A stretch of DNA of 32,000 bases from Trichlorobacter lovleyi SZ (lineage in GTDB: Bacteria > Desulfobacterota > Desulfuromonadia > Geobacterales > Pseudopelobacteraceae): NCBI RefSeq assembly GCF_000020385.1, contig NC_010814.1, positions 2,160,001 to 2,192,000 of the forward strand, in the 5' to 3' direction. The position numbers and the translations under genes were made by a program. A model generated the notes under the pieces. That model had not been told where the DNA came from. It saw nothing but the letters and a program-made list of their open reading frames with translations, and searched no databases. This document shows, piece after piece, positions 9,110-19,388 of the stretch (within the stretch, counting starts at the first letter, position 1; each line of letters opens with the position of its first letter).

Positions 9110-9265
9110 TCAGCCAAGAAACGTGCTGCTGCTCCGAACCCTGTTCTGTAGGATGGTTGAATCAACCAGTTCACCGCAACAGCTGCACTTCCACGCATTA
9201 AAGGAACGTACAAAGTCATAGAATTTTTCGGCGAACATGCGACCCTGGCAACGTGGACATTTCAT
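9110..9265 (-). CDS. Small four-Cys zinc-ribbon protein, 51 aa (below the ORF-track size cutoff)
   Basis: Hand translation gives MKCPRCQGRMFAEKFYDFVRSFNAWKCSCCGELVDSTILQNRVRSSSTFLG. The ATG at 9265 lies 7 nt after a strong Shine-Dalgarno (GAAGGAGGG). CPRC...CSCC forms a zinc-ribbon knuckle pair. A strong terminator starts about 30 nt after the stop. Confidence 0.6.
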   Translation of the reverse strand: MKCPRCQGRMFAEKFYDFVRSFNAWKCSCCGELVDSTILQNRVRSSSTFLG

Positions 9266-9384
9266 GACATTCCCTCCTTCAACTGTATAGGTTACACATC
9301 AAAATCTGCAGGTGGAAATGTTCTATACACCTTGTGTGCCAACAGAATGGCCACTCTCCGTTTTAATACTGACAAAACGAAATT

Positions 9385-9981
9385 CTACTTTGATATTGAA
9401 TGGTTAAAATATGGATAGAGCTGTTTCAACTTCTTTTCGCCTATCCCGTCCACTTGAAGCAGATCATCAAACGCCAAAGTATCGCCATTTTTTTGACGAA
9501 ACCCGACAATACGGTAAGCCAAAGCCGGACCAATCCCGGGCAACAACTCAAAATCTGCCTGGGACATCGTATTCAGATCAAGTGGCAGGCCAAGGGTCAG
9601 GAGCTGGCTGGTTTTCATGCTTGTTGTACTGATTAAAGCCCTGTTTTCTCTGGCTTTACACATCAGATGGACTGCATCACCAGTCTGCAGGGGCTTTGAC
9701 AGCAGATCATCAGAAGGGACAAGAGATGCAGCACACAACGGTACCGCCATAAATATGGCGTCAATCGTCATTTTTTTGCCGCAAATCCGATATATTCCCG
9801 GATGGGCAACATCTCCGGAAACCTGGACCACAATACTGCCGGACCGTTCAGCAGAAAGGGCCGCCAAACCGGAATCATTTCCGGCGTGACGGCCCTGAAC
9901 AAACAGCACAAGCGTCATTACCGCTGCAATCAGGGTAATGGCGATACGCTGGAAATACAAACGATTATACCGAATCCTCAT
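9385..9981 (-). CDS. comEA: ComEA-family DNA-binding/uptake protein (TM anchor, SLBB-like domain, tandem helix-hairpin-helix)
   Basis: N-terminal TM helix; SLBB-like [17 protein letters not shown]; C-terminal HhH pair [14 protein letters not shown] ... [15 protein letters not shown]. The start is uncertain, because ATG 9981 overlaps the cimA 3' end by 17 nt. Confidence 0.8.
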   Translation of the reverse strand: MRIRYNRLYFQRIAITLIAAVMTLVLFVQGRHAGNDSGLAALSAERSGSIVVQVSGDVAHPGIYRICGKKMTIDAIFMAVPLCAASLVPSDDLLSKPLQTGDAVHLMCKARENRALISTTSMKTSQLLTLGLPLDLNTMSQADFELLPGIGPALAYRIVGFRQKNGDTLAFDDLLQVDGIGEKKLKQLYPYFNHSISK

Positions 9982-11536
9982 GGTGCAGCTTGAAGTCTAT
10001 GCCATCGATCAAGGCCTGGTACGAGGCATCAATAATGTTATCAGATACTCCGACCGTACCCCAGCGACTGATTTTGTCCCCCAGTTCAATCAGAACCCGG
10101 ATGGACGATGCGGTCCCCTGACCGGCAGGCAGCACCCGGACCTTATAATCATGCAGCTTGACCTCTTTCAGCTTGGGATAAAACTTTTCAAGGGCCTTGC
10201 GCAAGGCGTTATCCAGCGCATTGACCGGTCCATGCCCCTCAGCCGCAGTATGCTCAATCTTGCCCCCCACTTTGATCATAACCGTTGCTTCAGAGGTTGG
10301 TTTCTGGTCATCAGTCCGTTTTTCGTCAATCACCCTGAATCCCATAACCTGGAAAAACTTCTTATGGGTACCCAGGGCTTTTTTCATCATCAACTCAAAA
10401 GAGGCTTCAGCTCCTTCAAACTGGAAGCCACGATTTTCCATCTCCTTGATCTCCTCAAGTATTTCCTGGGTAACCGGATCTTTACTGTCGAGGTTGATCT
10501 GGAATTCCTCTGCCTTGGCCAGGATGTTGGATTTGCCGGACAGATCAGAGACCAGCACCCGGGTGCTGTTACCAACAAGCTCAGGGCGGATATGCTCGTA
10601 GGTTTCAGGATGACGCTGGATGGCGCTGACATGCACTCCACCCTTATGGGCAAAGGCAGATTTGCCCACATACGCCAGGTGCTTGTCAGGGGAAAGGTTG
10701 GCCAGCTCAAAGATATAGTTTGAGACTTCACGCAGGTGCCGCAGTTGCTCATCGCTGATACAGTCTTTTTTCAGTTTCAGCTTAATGGCCGGGATGATGG
10801 AACAGAGGTTGGCATTGCCACAACGCTCGCCAAAGCCGTTGATGGTGCCCTGCACCTGCACAATACCCTGATCAACCGCCACAATTGAGTTGGCAACCGC
10901 ACACTCGCCATCGTTGTGGGTATGAATCCCCAGCGGTGTCTTGATCTGTTTCCTGACCTTAGCGATGATATCAGCTACTTCGTAAGGCATTGAGCCGCCA
11001 TTGGTATCGCACAGAATGATACAATCAACCCCGGCATCTTCCGCAGCCTTCAGGGTCTTGATGGCATACTCGGGATTGGCCTTGTAACCGTCAAAGAAAT
11101 GCTCGGCATCGTAGAAGACCTCTGCCACGTTCTGCTTCAGAAAAACCAGCGAATCGTTGATCAGCTCGAGATTTTCCTCCAGCGATATACGCAGTGCCTC
11201 ACGCACATGGAAGTCCCAGGTCTTGCCGAAGATGGTAATGACATCCGGCTCCGCAGCAATCAGGGTCTTGATATTATGGTCATTGGCCGGAGTGGTTTTT
11301 GCACGGCGGGTAGAGCCAAAGGCGGCAATCTTGGCCTGTTGCAGTTTTTCCTTTTTGATGTCCTTGAAGAACGCGACATCCTTGGGGTTACTGCCGGGCC
11401 AGCCACCTTCAATATAATGAACGCCAAGCTCATCCAGCTTGTGTGCGATCCGGATCTTATCCTCAACCAGAAACGAAATATCCTCAGCCTGCGTTCCATC
11501 ACGCAGCGTTGTATCGTACAGTTTAACCAGACTCAT
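9965..11536 (-). CDS. cimA: (R)-citramalate synthase (short-form LeuA/CimA family)
   Basis: [22 protein letters not shown]... (HMGL-like TIM barrel), [13 protein letters not shown], and a C-terminal LeuA-dimer regulatory domain; 523 aa. From memory it closely resembles the characterised Geobacter sulfurreducens citramalate synthase. No alignment was computed. Confidence 0.9.
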   Translation of the reverse strand: MSLVKLYDTTLRDGTQAEDISFLVEDKIRIAHKLDELGVHYIEGGWPGSNPKDVAFFKDIKKEKLQQAKIAAFGSTRRAKTTPANDHNIKTLIAAEPDVITIFGKTWDFHVREALRISLEENLELINDSLVFLKQNVAEVFYDAEHFFDGYKANPEYAIKTLKAAEDAGVDCIILCDTNGGSMPYEVADIIAKVRKQIKTPLGIHTHNDGECAVANSIVAVDQGIVQVQGTINGFGERCGNANLCSIIPAIKLKLKKDCISDEQLRHLREVSNYIFELANLSPDKHLAYVGKSAFAHKGGVHVSAIQRHPETYEHIRPELVGNSTRVLVSDLSGKSNILAKAEEFQINLDSKDPVTQEILEEIKEMENRGFQFEGAEASFELMMKKALGTHKKFFQVMGFRVIDEKRTDDQKPTSEATVMIKVGGKIEHTAAEGHGPVNALDNALRKALEKFYPKLKEVKLHDYKVRVLPAGQGTASSIRVLIELGDKISRWGTVGVSDNIIDASYQALIDGIDFKLHHEDSV

Positions 11537-11636
11537 CAGTTGGTGCCTCCCCTTTCATGGAATCCTGCTTTATAACAATGTTAGAATAAAAATCAGTACC
11601 CCATAGCCTACACAGGTGTCAAGCCCCTTCTGACGC

Positions 11637-12812
11637 CTAAATTCTGTCAAGTCGATTGAGCAGCAGCAGCATATTCCTGACAAGCAGCGGGTTGAATTCG
11701 GTCCCTGAGCCCTGCATCAACACCTTGGCAATCACCTCGGGGGGGCGGGGTTCCTGGTATGGTCTACGGGTCCGCATGGCGTCAAAACAATCTGCAATGG
11801 CAGTCAGCTGACTGGCCACAGTCTGTTGCCAGCCGGGCGGCACCATCGGATAACCCGACTGATTATGTCGCATATGATGTTCAAAGGCGACAATCGCTGC
11901 CAGACGAGGAACTCCGGGAGTTTCCATCAGGTACTGGGCACCAAGCACCGGATGGCGTTTCATCTGTTCAAACTCTTCGTCGCTCAGTTTTTCCGGTTTA
12001 GTCAGAATCTCTTCAGGAATAAACATCTTGCCGACATCATGCAACATGGCGGCAATACCGATATCATTCAGCATCTGTCCTTTAATCCCCAGGGACATTG
12101 CCTGGGCCAGAGTCAGGATGCAGACATTGGCAGCATGGGTAAAGGTATACTCATCCTGCTCCCGCAGGGCCGCCAGAACCAGCAGGGACTCACCTTCCCG
12201 CCGGAACGCCTCCACCAGTTCGGCAACTGTTGCAGCGATGCCGCTGGGCTTCAGGCGTTCCTTGCGCTTGATCGCCTCATACACCTCACTGAGTCTCGCC
12301 AGCTCAAGTGCAGGTATCTCACCAAGAGTGACAGCCCCTGCCCTGCCGCCTGTCCCTACCGTCCCGGATGTTCCGCCGCCGGCACCAAGGCTGCCTTCCT
12401 CGTTTCCGTCCTCCGGCATCTCAACCTTGCCAAGCCGGATATGTTCAGTTGATCCAGCCTCAGATCCGTCAGACTGACGGGCAAGCAGGGCAATCAGTTG
12501 GTCAACCTCATGCCGGGGTGTGCCGGCCAGAAAGCGTAGGTGACCGATACCATGCTCATGCATGATCTGGATAAAACGGTCAAACACCAGGGAAAATGCT
12601 TGTGGCCTGCCATCAATGACCAGTTCACCATCGACTTCTAGCAACGCAATATCCGGCCGTTCTGCCAATGCCCGGGTAAGGCTTGCATGGGCAGCATCAG
12701 CAAGACGGAAGACCTGGGGATGGTTAACGGTGTAGAGCGCAGCTCCGGCCACCGCAGAAAGCAAGTGCCGGATAAATTCGCTGATTTCATGCAGAGCAAT
12801 CGCGCTATTCAT
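11637..12812 (-). CDS. HD-GYP domain protein with an N-terminal uncharacterised module and a Gly-rich linker
   Basis: MLHDVGKMFIP (HD) ... FEHHMRHNQSGYP (variant of HHExxDGxGYP) ... IADCFDAM. ATGA overlap with the upstream HEAT-repeat gene (12809-12812). Confidence 0.9.
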   Translation of the reverse strand: MNSAIALHEISEFIRHLLSAVAGAALYTVNHPQVFRLADAAHASLTRALAERPDIALLEVDGELVIDGRPQAFSLVFDRFIQIMHEHGIGHLRFLAGTPRHEVDQLIALLARQSDGSEAGSTEHIRLGKVEMPEDGNEEGSLGAGGGTSGTVGTGGRAGAVTLGEIPALELARLSEVYEAIKRKERLKPSGIAATVAELVEAFRREGESLLVLAALREQDEYTFTHAANVCILTLAQAMSLGIKGQMLNDIGIAAMLHDVGKMFIPEEILTKPEKLSDEEFEQMKRHPVLGAQYLMETPGVPRLAAIVAFEHHMRHNQSGYPMVPPGWQQTVASQLTAIADCFDAMRTRRPYQEPRPPEVIAKVLMQGSGTEFNPLLVRNMLLLLNRLDRI

Positions 12813-15037
12813 GATGTCTTGCTCCGCAGTATACGTAATGTTTCTGCAGCTTGACGCGCGACCTCGTCATTGCCATCGGCCACCTTCTCCAACAGAGGCA
12901 ACACGGTTTTTGCCGGATAACGATCAAGGGAACGGATAATATCAATCTTCAACCGGTTAAGCGCCTTGAATGCCAGCAGGCTGCGGCTTGTCAGTACCTT
13001 GACCAACTCAGGCAGAATTTCTGATCTGCCGATCTCTGCCAGGGCCTGGATTGCGGCAGACTTCAGTTCACACTCAACCGCAGTATAGCCTCCTCCGGTA
13101 GCCAGCGCCAACAGCTTGCGCATCATCTCAGGCGGGCTGTTCCGGTCAGCCATATTAATGGCTATCAGCTGTATTTCCCGGTCAGAAGAATCAAGATCGC
13201 GCAACACCTGCCGCTGTGCCACCGGATCACCTGACTGTATCAGCAGTTTTAATGCCTCAACACGAACCTTTTGATTGGCATGCCTGAGCAAAGGGCGAAC
13301 CAGCTCGTTTTCCTGCATTGGGCCAAGAGCCCGCAACATGACAATAATATTACGCAAAACATACCAGCGACTGTCGGACAGCCTGGCAAGCAGATACGGT
13401 CGTGCGATTTCACCAAAAGATTGCACGCGGTCCATCATAAACCGTCGCAACGACATATTCTCTTCTTCGGCCATCCGATCCAGTAACGGCTCTATGAAGG
13501 CTCGTCCCAAGACCTGAATCAGCAGGGCAACCTGATCATATTTGGGCTTACCCCAGACGGTAAGTCCACTCAGAATTTCATCAAGAAATTCACGGCGGCA
13601 GAAGGCGTCACGCATGGTAGTGCGAAGCAGTTGCGGCAAGCGGGGGTCAGCGGCCTGACTGAGGATTTTCAAGACCTGTCCGTAGTCCCCCAGCTCAAGG
13701 AAATGTCCACAGAGATCAGCAAGGTTTTGAATCAGCTCCTGAGCAGTTTCACTCGTTGGGTCTGCAATCACCAGCTGCAGGATGATCTCACTGCCGCGGC
13801 TGTTGATAAACGCAGGACTGAGAGTCGTGAGCAAACTGGCCAGCTCTGTTGTATCAAGCTGTTTCAGCGCACCGGAATTCAGGGAATCAAGCAGCCCCTG
13901 CATATATGCATCAGGCATGTAGGCCTCACGCTGGTGTTCCTGCAACAGGGTCTGCATCCTGTCACGGACTTCATCATCCCGGGTCGTGGTATGATAACTG
14001 TCCATCAGATGGGGAAGCAGTTTTCTGAGTATCCCCTGCAAAAGTTCCGGGGCTGCGGCGTATTCGTCAGCAGAAGCATAGGTTTCCTGCAACACGGTAG
14101 CGCCCAGATAACGGAAAAGCTCGTCTGCTGTTGAAGCATCAGCGGCACCGGTTTCACAGAAACCGTTCAGGATCTGACGCCTCAGCAGTGGATCAAGGGC
14201 TGTAATAAAGGCCACCAGATCCGCCTTGACAACTGCTGCTGTTTCATTCAGCTCCGACCAGTCACCGGCCTCTTCAGTGTATCCGGCATCTCGGGCGGCA
14301 CCGTTGTCGCCAGTATCAGAAACGGCAATAGCCTGTTGTATGATCGCTGTGGCACGCCTCAGGGTATTATTGGAAAGCCCGCTACCGCTTCCCAGGCGGC
14401 GTGCAAAATGGGCATTCAGACTGGCGGCAAGAACTTCGGGCCGGATCTCTCCCTGGGCGTCGGTACCGGCAAGTCCGACCTCACCTTTGGTCATCAGCAG
14501 CACAAACTGTTCCCAGAGGGAGCCATGCTCCTGATCAGATTCGCTGCTGAGCCGTTCTTCTTCGGTACCACTAAAGCGGTCATAGCGGATGGCACGTATT
14601 TCCAGCGCAGTAATACCGGCCTCTTGCCAGAGTTTTTCAATCCCCCCCTGTGCCAACACGTCTTCGCGTTTCAAAGACAAAAGAGCAAGCAGTGCCAAAA
14701 GTTCTTCACGATCAGGCAATCGTGACACGATCAGGGCACCGATTCCCCGTTCAAAAAACGCAGCTGCCACGTTTTTACAAATCTGATTGTTTTTTTCAAC
14801 GTATTCGTCACCCAACAACAGCCCATCCCGCGTAATACCGAGCTGAACTCCGCCATTTTCACTGAGAAGAGATTGAAATGACGTGAGAAGTTTCTGAACA
14901 GAGGACTCTATCAGAGGATGGCCGGACGGGTAGGCATTCCAGTTGCGTCGGGCGATATTGAGATCGCCGGCAACAGTAACAACGGCCTTCACCCGGAGAA
15001 GGGGGGCGGCAAGATCACTGACAACAGATTCGAGCAC
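12809..15037 (-). CDS. Large HEAT-repeat protein, 742 aa
   Basis: The C-terminal third carries repeated HEAT/PBS-lyase-like units (LSDSRWYVLRNIIVMLRAL, ANQKVRVEALKLL, DREIQLIAINMA, LKSAAIQALAEIG, NDEVARQAAETL). The start is GTG at 15037, preceded by CAGGGAG. Confidence 0.8.
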   Translation of the reverse strand: MLESVVSDLAAPLLRVKAVVTVAGDLNIARRNWNAYPSGHPLIESSVQKLLTSFQSLLSENGGVQLGITRDGLLLGDEYVEKNNQICKNVAAAFFERGIGALIVSRLPDREELLALLALLSLKREDVLAQGGIEKLWQEAGITALEIRAIRYDRFSGTEEERLSSESDQEHGSLWEQFVLLMTKGEVGLAGTDAQGEIRPEVLAASLNAHFARRLGSGSGLSNNTLRRATAIIQQAIAVSDTGDNGAARDAGYTEEAGDWSELNETAAVVKADLVAFITALDPLLRRQILNGFCETGAADASTADELFRYLGATVLQETYASADEYAAAPELLQGILRKLLPHLMDSYHTTTRDDEVRDRMQTLLQEHQREAYMPDAYMQGLLDSLNSGALKQLDTTELASLLTTLSPAFINSRGSEIILQLVIADPTSETAQELIQNLADLCGHFLELGDYGQVLKILSQAADPRLPQLLRTTMRDAFCRREFLDEILSGLTVWGKPKYDQVALLIQVLGRAFIEPLLDRMAEEENMSLRRFMMDRVQSFGEIARPYLLARLSDSRWYVLRNIIVMLRALGPMQENELVRPLLRHANQKVRVEALKLLIQSGDPVAQRQVLRDLDSSDREIQLIAINMADRNSPPEMMRKLLALATGGGYTAVECELKSAAIQALAEIGRSEILPELVKVLTSRSLLAFKALNRLKIDIIRSLDRYPAKTVLPLLEKVADGNDEVARQAAETLRILRSKTS

Positions 15038-15061
15038 GAAACTCCCTGATGGTGGAATGGT

Positions 15062-15090
15062 TTGACTATAGCGTACAAATTAGGTAATTC
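15062..15090 (+). promoter_or_regulatory. Candidate sigma-70 promoter for malQ
   Basis: TTGACT (15062-15067), a 17-nt spacer, then TAATTC (15085-15090), about 30 nt upstream of the malQ ATG. Sequence match only. Confidence 0.25.
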
Positions 15091-15121
15091 AAGCAGAAAC
15101 TATGTTTTAACGAGGTGAACG

Positions 15122-16603
15122 ATGACTGTCAGGAGACGTGCAGGCGTATTGCTGCATCCCACATCACTGCCCGGACCAGAAGGCATCGGTACCTTTGGAA
15201 CAGAACTAACCGGATTTCTTGACTTTCTCTCAAAAGCCGGTTTTTCACTCTGGCAGGTTCTGCCGTTAACCCCGCCTGCAGCAGGAAACTCGCCCTACTC
15301 CTCCTATTCCGCCTTTGGCGGTAATCATCTCTTGATCGACCTGCAGCAGCTGGTAGAGGAAGGAGATCTCTCCAGCCGGGCACTACAGAACCATTTTCCA
15401 CAGGAGCTGGTTGATTTCAAACAGGTGACTCCCTGGAAAGAGCAATTGCTGCACGAAGCCGCGGAAAACTTTTTCAAACAGGGGCAGACACCGCGTTTGA
15501 AAGAGTTCTGGCAGTTCTGCGACACAACCTACTGGCTGCATGACTATGCGCTGTTCATGGCCTTAAAGCAGCATTACCACGGCACCCCCTGGCACCGCTG
15601 GCCCAATGAACTGGCACAACGCAACCCGCGGGCACTTCAACAGGCCGCCCTTCAGCTTGGACCGGAAATCGGTGCCCGGAAATATCAGCAGTGGCAGTTC
15701 TTTCGCCAATGGCAACGGGTCAGAAGCGCGGCAGCGGAACGGGGTATAGCGATCATCGGCGACCTGCCTATTTTTGTGGCACACGACTCAGCCGATGTCT
15801 GGTGCAACCAGGAGCTGTTTCTGCTTGATACAAAGGGAAAATCAACGGTGGTTGCCGGGGTTCCACCGGATTATTTCAGTGCAACCGGTCAGCTCTGGGG
15901 CAATCCGCTCTACAACTGGGCAGCCATGGAACAGCAGGGATATGGCTGGTGGATCGCCCGTTTTCGTCAGTTATTTGAGCTGTTTGATCAGATACGAATC
16001 GATCACTTCCGAGGATTTGAGGCGGCCTGGCATGTGCCGGCTACAGCCAAGACTGCTGCCCGGGGCAGTTGGGTACCGGGTCCGGGAGCCGTTTTTTTTG
16101 ATGCAGTAAAGGCCTCGCTTGGAAATCTGTCTTTCATCGCTGAGGATCTGGGAGTTATCACACCGGAAGTTGAGGCGTTACGGGATCGTTATGACCTGCC
16201 CGGCATGAAAATCCTGCAATTTGCCTTTGATTCCGATGCAGCCAACCCTTATCTGCCCCACAACCACCGCACCAACAGCGTTGTCTACACCGGTACCCAC
16301 GACAATGACACCACCAGAGGTTGGTTTAATACCCTGTCTCCTAAGATCATCAACCGGATGTACGACTATCTCGGGCTTCCCGGCACAAACCCGGTTCAGG
16401 ATCTGATCAGGGTGGCCCTGATGTCAGTGGCCGGAACGGCGATCATACCGTTGCAGGATCTGCTGGAACTGCCAACAGAGGCTCGCATGAACCAGCCCGG
16501 GGTTGCACTGGGCAACTGGAGCTGGCGCTATCAGTCAACACAGTTAAAGCCCGGATTGGCTGATTACTATGCCGATCTGTTGAGGCGTTACGGACGGGGA
16601 TAA
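15122..16603 (+). CDS. malQ: 4-alpha-glucanotransferase (amylomaltase, GH77)
   Basis: RRAGVLLHPTSLPGPEGIGTFG N-terminus; IIGDLPIFVAHDSADVW; IRIDHFRGF; VVYTGTHDNDT; 493 aa. Confidence 0.93.
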   Translation: MTVRRRAGVLLHPTSLPGPEGIGTFGTELTGFLDFLSKAGFSLWQVLPLTPPAAGNSPYSSYSAFGGNHLLIDLQQLVEEGDLSSRALQNHFPQELVDFKQVTPWKEQLLHEAAENFFKQGQTPRLKEFWQFCDTTYWLHDYALFMALKQHYHGTPWHRWPNELAQRNPRALQQAALQLGPEIGARKYQQWQFFRQWQRVRSAAAERGIAIIGDLPIFVAHDSADVWCNQELFLLDTKGKSTVVAGVPPDYFSATGQLWGNPLYNWAAMEQQGYGWWIARFRQLFELFDQIRIDHFRGFEAAWHVPATAKTAARGSWVPGPGAVFFDAVKASLGNLSFIAEDLGVITPEVEALRDRYDLPGMKILQFAFDSDAANPYLPHNHRTNSVVYTGTHDNDTTRGWFNTLSPKIINRMYDYLGLPGTNPVQDLIRVALMSVAGTAIIPLQDLLELPTEARMNQPGVALGNWSWRYQSTQLKPGLADYYADLLRRYGRG

Positions 16604-16637
16604 TGACTGCTTTGAACAAACCTTGAACAGATTTCGA

Positions 16638-18539
16638 TTACTTCAACTCGTCAAGCAGCCGGTTAAGCTGCCTGATCTCGCCGGGTCCAAGTTTTTTATC
16701 CTGATAGACAGCTGCAGCATACCGCTCAACAAACTGCTGCACCCGTGTGTCGCCACTTGCAGCAGCAATCTCAAACAGCCCCAGATTATCAACGTTGCCG
16801 AGGGTCACATACCTGCATTTTACCACCCGTTTAAAACGCCGCAGCAAACGCTCCTCCCGGCTGCTGAACCATTGTTTCCTTGACTTGAATAATGCCAAAA
16901 GAGCAAGCAGGATTACGCCTGAAAGCAGCAGCCATCGCCATCGTATACCTTGCTCCAGGGTTTGCAGTTTTGTCCCTGCACTGCGCAGTTGCTCCGCCTG
17001 ACGTTCAAAGTCATAGGTTACAACTGTCCGGGTCCAACGGTAGTCCAGAGCATCGAGAACAAGTCTGAGCCGCGCACCGAACCCCGGTCTTTTCTTGTCA
17101 CTCCAAAGCGTTGAGGCATTTACTGCAAAACGGCTCGGGTCAGTTCGTATCCATCCTTTTCCTTCAACATAGGCCTCAACCCAGACATGGGCCCTGTCCT
17201 CACTGACAAGGTAGTAGCCGCCCAGTTCATTGTAGTCTCCCCCCAGATATCCACCTACCAGCCGGGCAGGAACACCGGCAGCCCTGAGCAGTATCGCCAG
17301 TGACGAGGCAAAAAACTCGCAATGCCCCTGCTTTGAGACGAACAGAAACTGATCCAGAGCGTCGTGTCCCGTTGGAAGCCCTTCCCTGCTGTAACGGTAA
17401 CCGCCATTCAGAAAATACTGTTCAGCGCGCTCAAGCCGTTCAGCATCGGAGCGACCTTCTCGACTGATCTGATCGGCAAGGTGTCTGATCCCTGGAGAAA
17501 GCCTCTCTGGCAGCGTCAGATAAAAGCCACGCTTAATGGGCACACTGGTGGACCGTATGCTGCCGCTAAAGGAACGTGCAGTATAGCTGGTCCGTCTGGA
17601 GAAACCTCGCAGATTCTCAAAGACGGCATCCGGTGAGACCCTGAGCCTTGGCAGAGAGATCTCTGCGGCCGTGTCAAGGCTGATCACCAAACGGGATGCT
17701 GAAGGTTCTACGGTAATAGTCTGACTGACAGGTACCCCGCTGTGAATAATGGTCTCATGGGGGACAACGGGATTACGGCTCCATCTGTTGCCGTTTATCC
17801 GGTTAAACACCGTTGCCCGCCAATAGGGTGGCTGTGTCTGACGGGGCAGTTCTGCCCTGAATGCCAGGGTACGAGTCTCAGCGGCATTGGCAGTGCTGCC
17901 GGGCTCAACCTTGTCGGAAATGCCGGTTGTTCCCGAAACAGGGGGGTTCAGAAAATGCCAGAGCGGAAATGCTGTGCGCGGCAAGATCGGAAACAAGACA
18001 ACCATAGCTGGTAGTGTGACAAGTACAATCAGCAGGGCTGCCATGAGTATCTTCCTGAGCTCTCTGCCCTGCAAAGCCAGCGTGTTGTTCTGGGCATGAA
18101 AGGTCAGTACCACCAGTGAAGCCGGTAGCAGCAGGAGCAACAATCCCAGCCAGAACAGGAACGATGGGCTCAGATCAAAGAGAGAGGTCGAGGCGAGACA
18201 AAAGAGGGCAAGCAGGTTAATCTGCAGCAGGTTACGGGTGTTTTTTTCACCGCAGAGCCGCACAGCCAGCATGATTGCCAGGACACTGACCACCGGCTGA
18301 ATCGGGTTGCTGCGGCTGTACTGCAGGATATACCAGCTGAACAGCGGCACCAGAGCTATATTCAGCTGCCAGTTTTTGACATACCAGCGTCCCTGCCGGA
18401 GTTCCTGCAGCATACCGACCGCAAGCCCCAGCACAACAATCAGACGGGGAAAGGTCTCAAGCCAGACAAACAGAGGAATAACCCCTGCCAGAGAGATCGC
18501 CAGAGAAAGATATGCTATCAGCCTGCTAGTGGTGACCAT
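16638..18539 (-). CDS. TgpA-like transglutaminase-domain membrane protein
   Basis: Multi-TM N-terminal region (DUF3488-like), then a transglutaminase core: [28 protein letters not shown] (Cys nucleophile), AHVWVEAY (His) and GWIRTDPS (Asp). It overlaps the DUF58 gene end by 14 nt. Confidence 0.85.
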   Translation of the reverse strand: MVTTSRLIAYLSLAISLAGVIPLFVWLETFPRLIVVLGLAVGMLQELRQGRWYVKNWQLNIALVPLFSWYILQYSRSNPIQPVVSVLAIMLAVRLCGEKNTRNLLQINLLALFCLASTSLFDLSPSFLFWLGLLLLLLPASLVVLTFHAQNNTLALQGRELRKILMAALLIVLVTLPAMVVLFPILPRTAFPLWHFLNPPVSGTTGISDKVEPGSTANAAETRTLAFRAELPRQTQPPYWRATVFNRINGNRWSRNPVVPHETIIHSGVPVSQTITVEPSASRLVISLDTAAEISLPRLRVSPDAVFENLRGFSRRTSYTARSFSGSIRSTSVPIKRGFYLTLPERLSPGIRHLADQISREGRSDAERLERAEQYFLNGGYRYSREGLPTGHDALDQFLFVSKQGHCEFFASSLAILLRAAGVPARLVGGYLGGDYNELGGYYLVSEDRAHVWVEAYVEGKGWIRTDPSRFAVNASTLWSDKKRPGFGARLRLVLDALDYRWTRTVVTYDFERQAEQLRSAGTKLQTLEQGIRWRWLLLSGVILLALLALFKSRKQWFSSREERLLRRFKRVVKCRYVTLGNVDNLGLFEIAAASGDTRVQQFVERYAAAVYQDKKLGPGEIRQLNRLLDELK

Positions 18540-19329
18540 AGAGAGCCAGCTCTGTCAACAGAAGTGAAGCGTGACGGCGGCCACTGGCCGGCAGGATGAT
18601 CCGGCCATCAAGCTCCAAACCCACCGGTTGCTCCATGGCCCGCTGCTTGATAAGCCAGGCTGCATGGGATAATTTTGCTTCAATATCAGTACCGGACAGG
18701 GACTCAAGTTTGATTATCAGGGGTGGTGCTGACCGGCTGCCAAACTCCTTGACCAGCAGCTCTTCACCGCGTGCCGACAGTTTCCAGTGAATTGCGCGTA
18801 ATGGTTCTGCGCCTGAATATTCCCTGATGCCTTCCAGTTCACCATCCAGGCCGCGGATTTCCTTAGTGCCGCTGCCAGGTCGCGCAGCATCATCACCAGC
18901 CCCGCTATCAGCGGATGGTAACGGACGAGGATAAACGATACAGGCTGTATCGCTTGAGTAGTTCCAATAACGGGTAAAGAAGTTAACCGGAAAAGGGGAG
19001 CTGACGCTGATCCGTCCGACCGTCTGCCGGCCCCGCTCAGGAAAGGTAAGGGTCATTGTTGATGCAAGGTTTTCAGCACTGCCGACAAACGGCAGCAGCG
19101 CCTCACCGTTGCCTGCCACGCTGAGCCGGATCAAAAAAGATGGGATATACCGTTTTTTATTGCGAAGCAGCAGGTTGAACCGGGCCGGCGTCCCTGCAAA
19201 AATCTCGTCAGGGGGCAGCAGTTCAGGGATGACCCCTTTGATGTTGAGCATGCCTGCATAGCCGGTGGCTGCCATAAAGGCCAGCAGAGCCGACACCACC
19301 AGAAATAGCAGGTTGTTGCCGGTGTTCAC
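18526..19329 (-). CDS. DUF58 domain protein; the true N-terminus is probably further upstream (frame is open to 19392 and beyond)
   Basis: Motif [20 protein letters not shown] is typical of DUF58, and the gene sits between MoxR and the transglutaminase. The track start at 19329 is a GTG inside what reads as the first TM helix (see findings). Confidence 0.8.
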   Translation of the reverse strand: MNTGNNLLFLVVSALLAFMAATGYAGMLNIKGVIPELLPPDEIFAGTPARFNLLLRNKKRYIPSFLIRLSVAGNGEALLPFVGSAENLASTMTLTFPERGRQTVGRISVSSPFPVNFFTRYWNYSSDTACIVYPRPLPSADSGAGDDAARPGSGTKEIRGLDGELEGIREYSGAEPLRAIHWKLSARGEELLVKEFGSRSAPPLIIKLESLSGTDIEAKLSHAAWLIKQRAMEQPVGLELDGRIILPASGRRHASLLLTELALYGHH

Positions 19330-19388
19330 CGCGGAAAATCCGAGCAGAATGGTGACAATAATATACAGGGCACCAGCCTTGCTGATTT

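Noticed and set aside
9326-9341. A sigma-54-like element upstream of the small zinc-ribbon ORF (minus strand: TGGCAC-acaag-GTGTA).
   Set aside because: The -24 half and the spacing fit, but the -12 half lacks the essential GC (GTGTA versus TTGCW). This is not enough to call a promoter.
11537-11636. A possible T-box or attenuator leader upstream of cimA: GGGGTACTGATTTTTATT resembles the GGTGGTACC T-box core followed by a U-run. An 11-codon uORF ([11 protein letters not shown]) also overlaps the cimA start.
   Set aside because: Only about 100 nt separate cimA from the upstream gene stop, which is too short for a T-box leader. I could not draw a specifier or antiterminator helix. The uORF ATG sits just upstream of the cimA ribosome-binding site GGGGAGG, which the uORF reads through, and is probably fortuitous.
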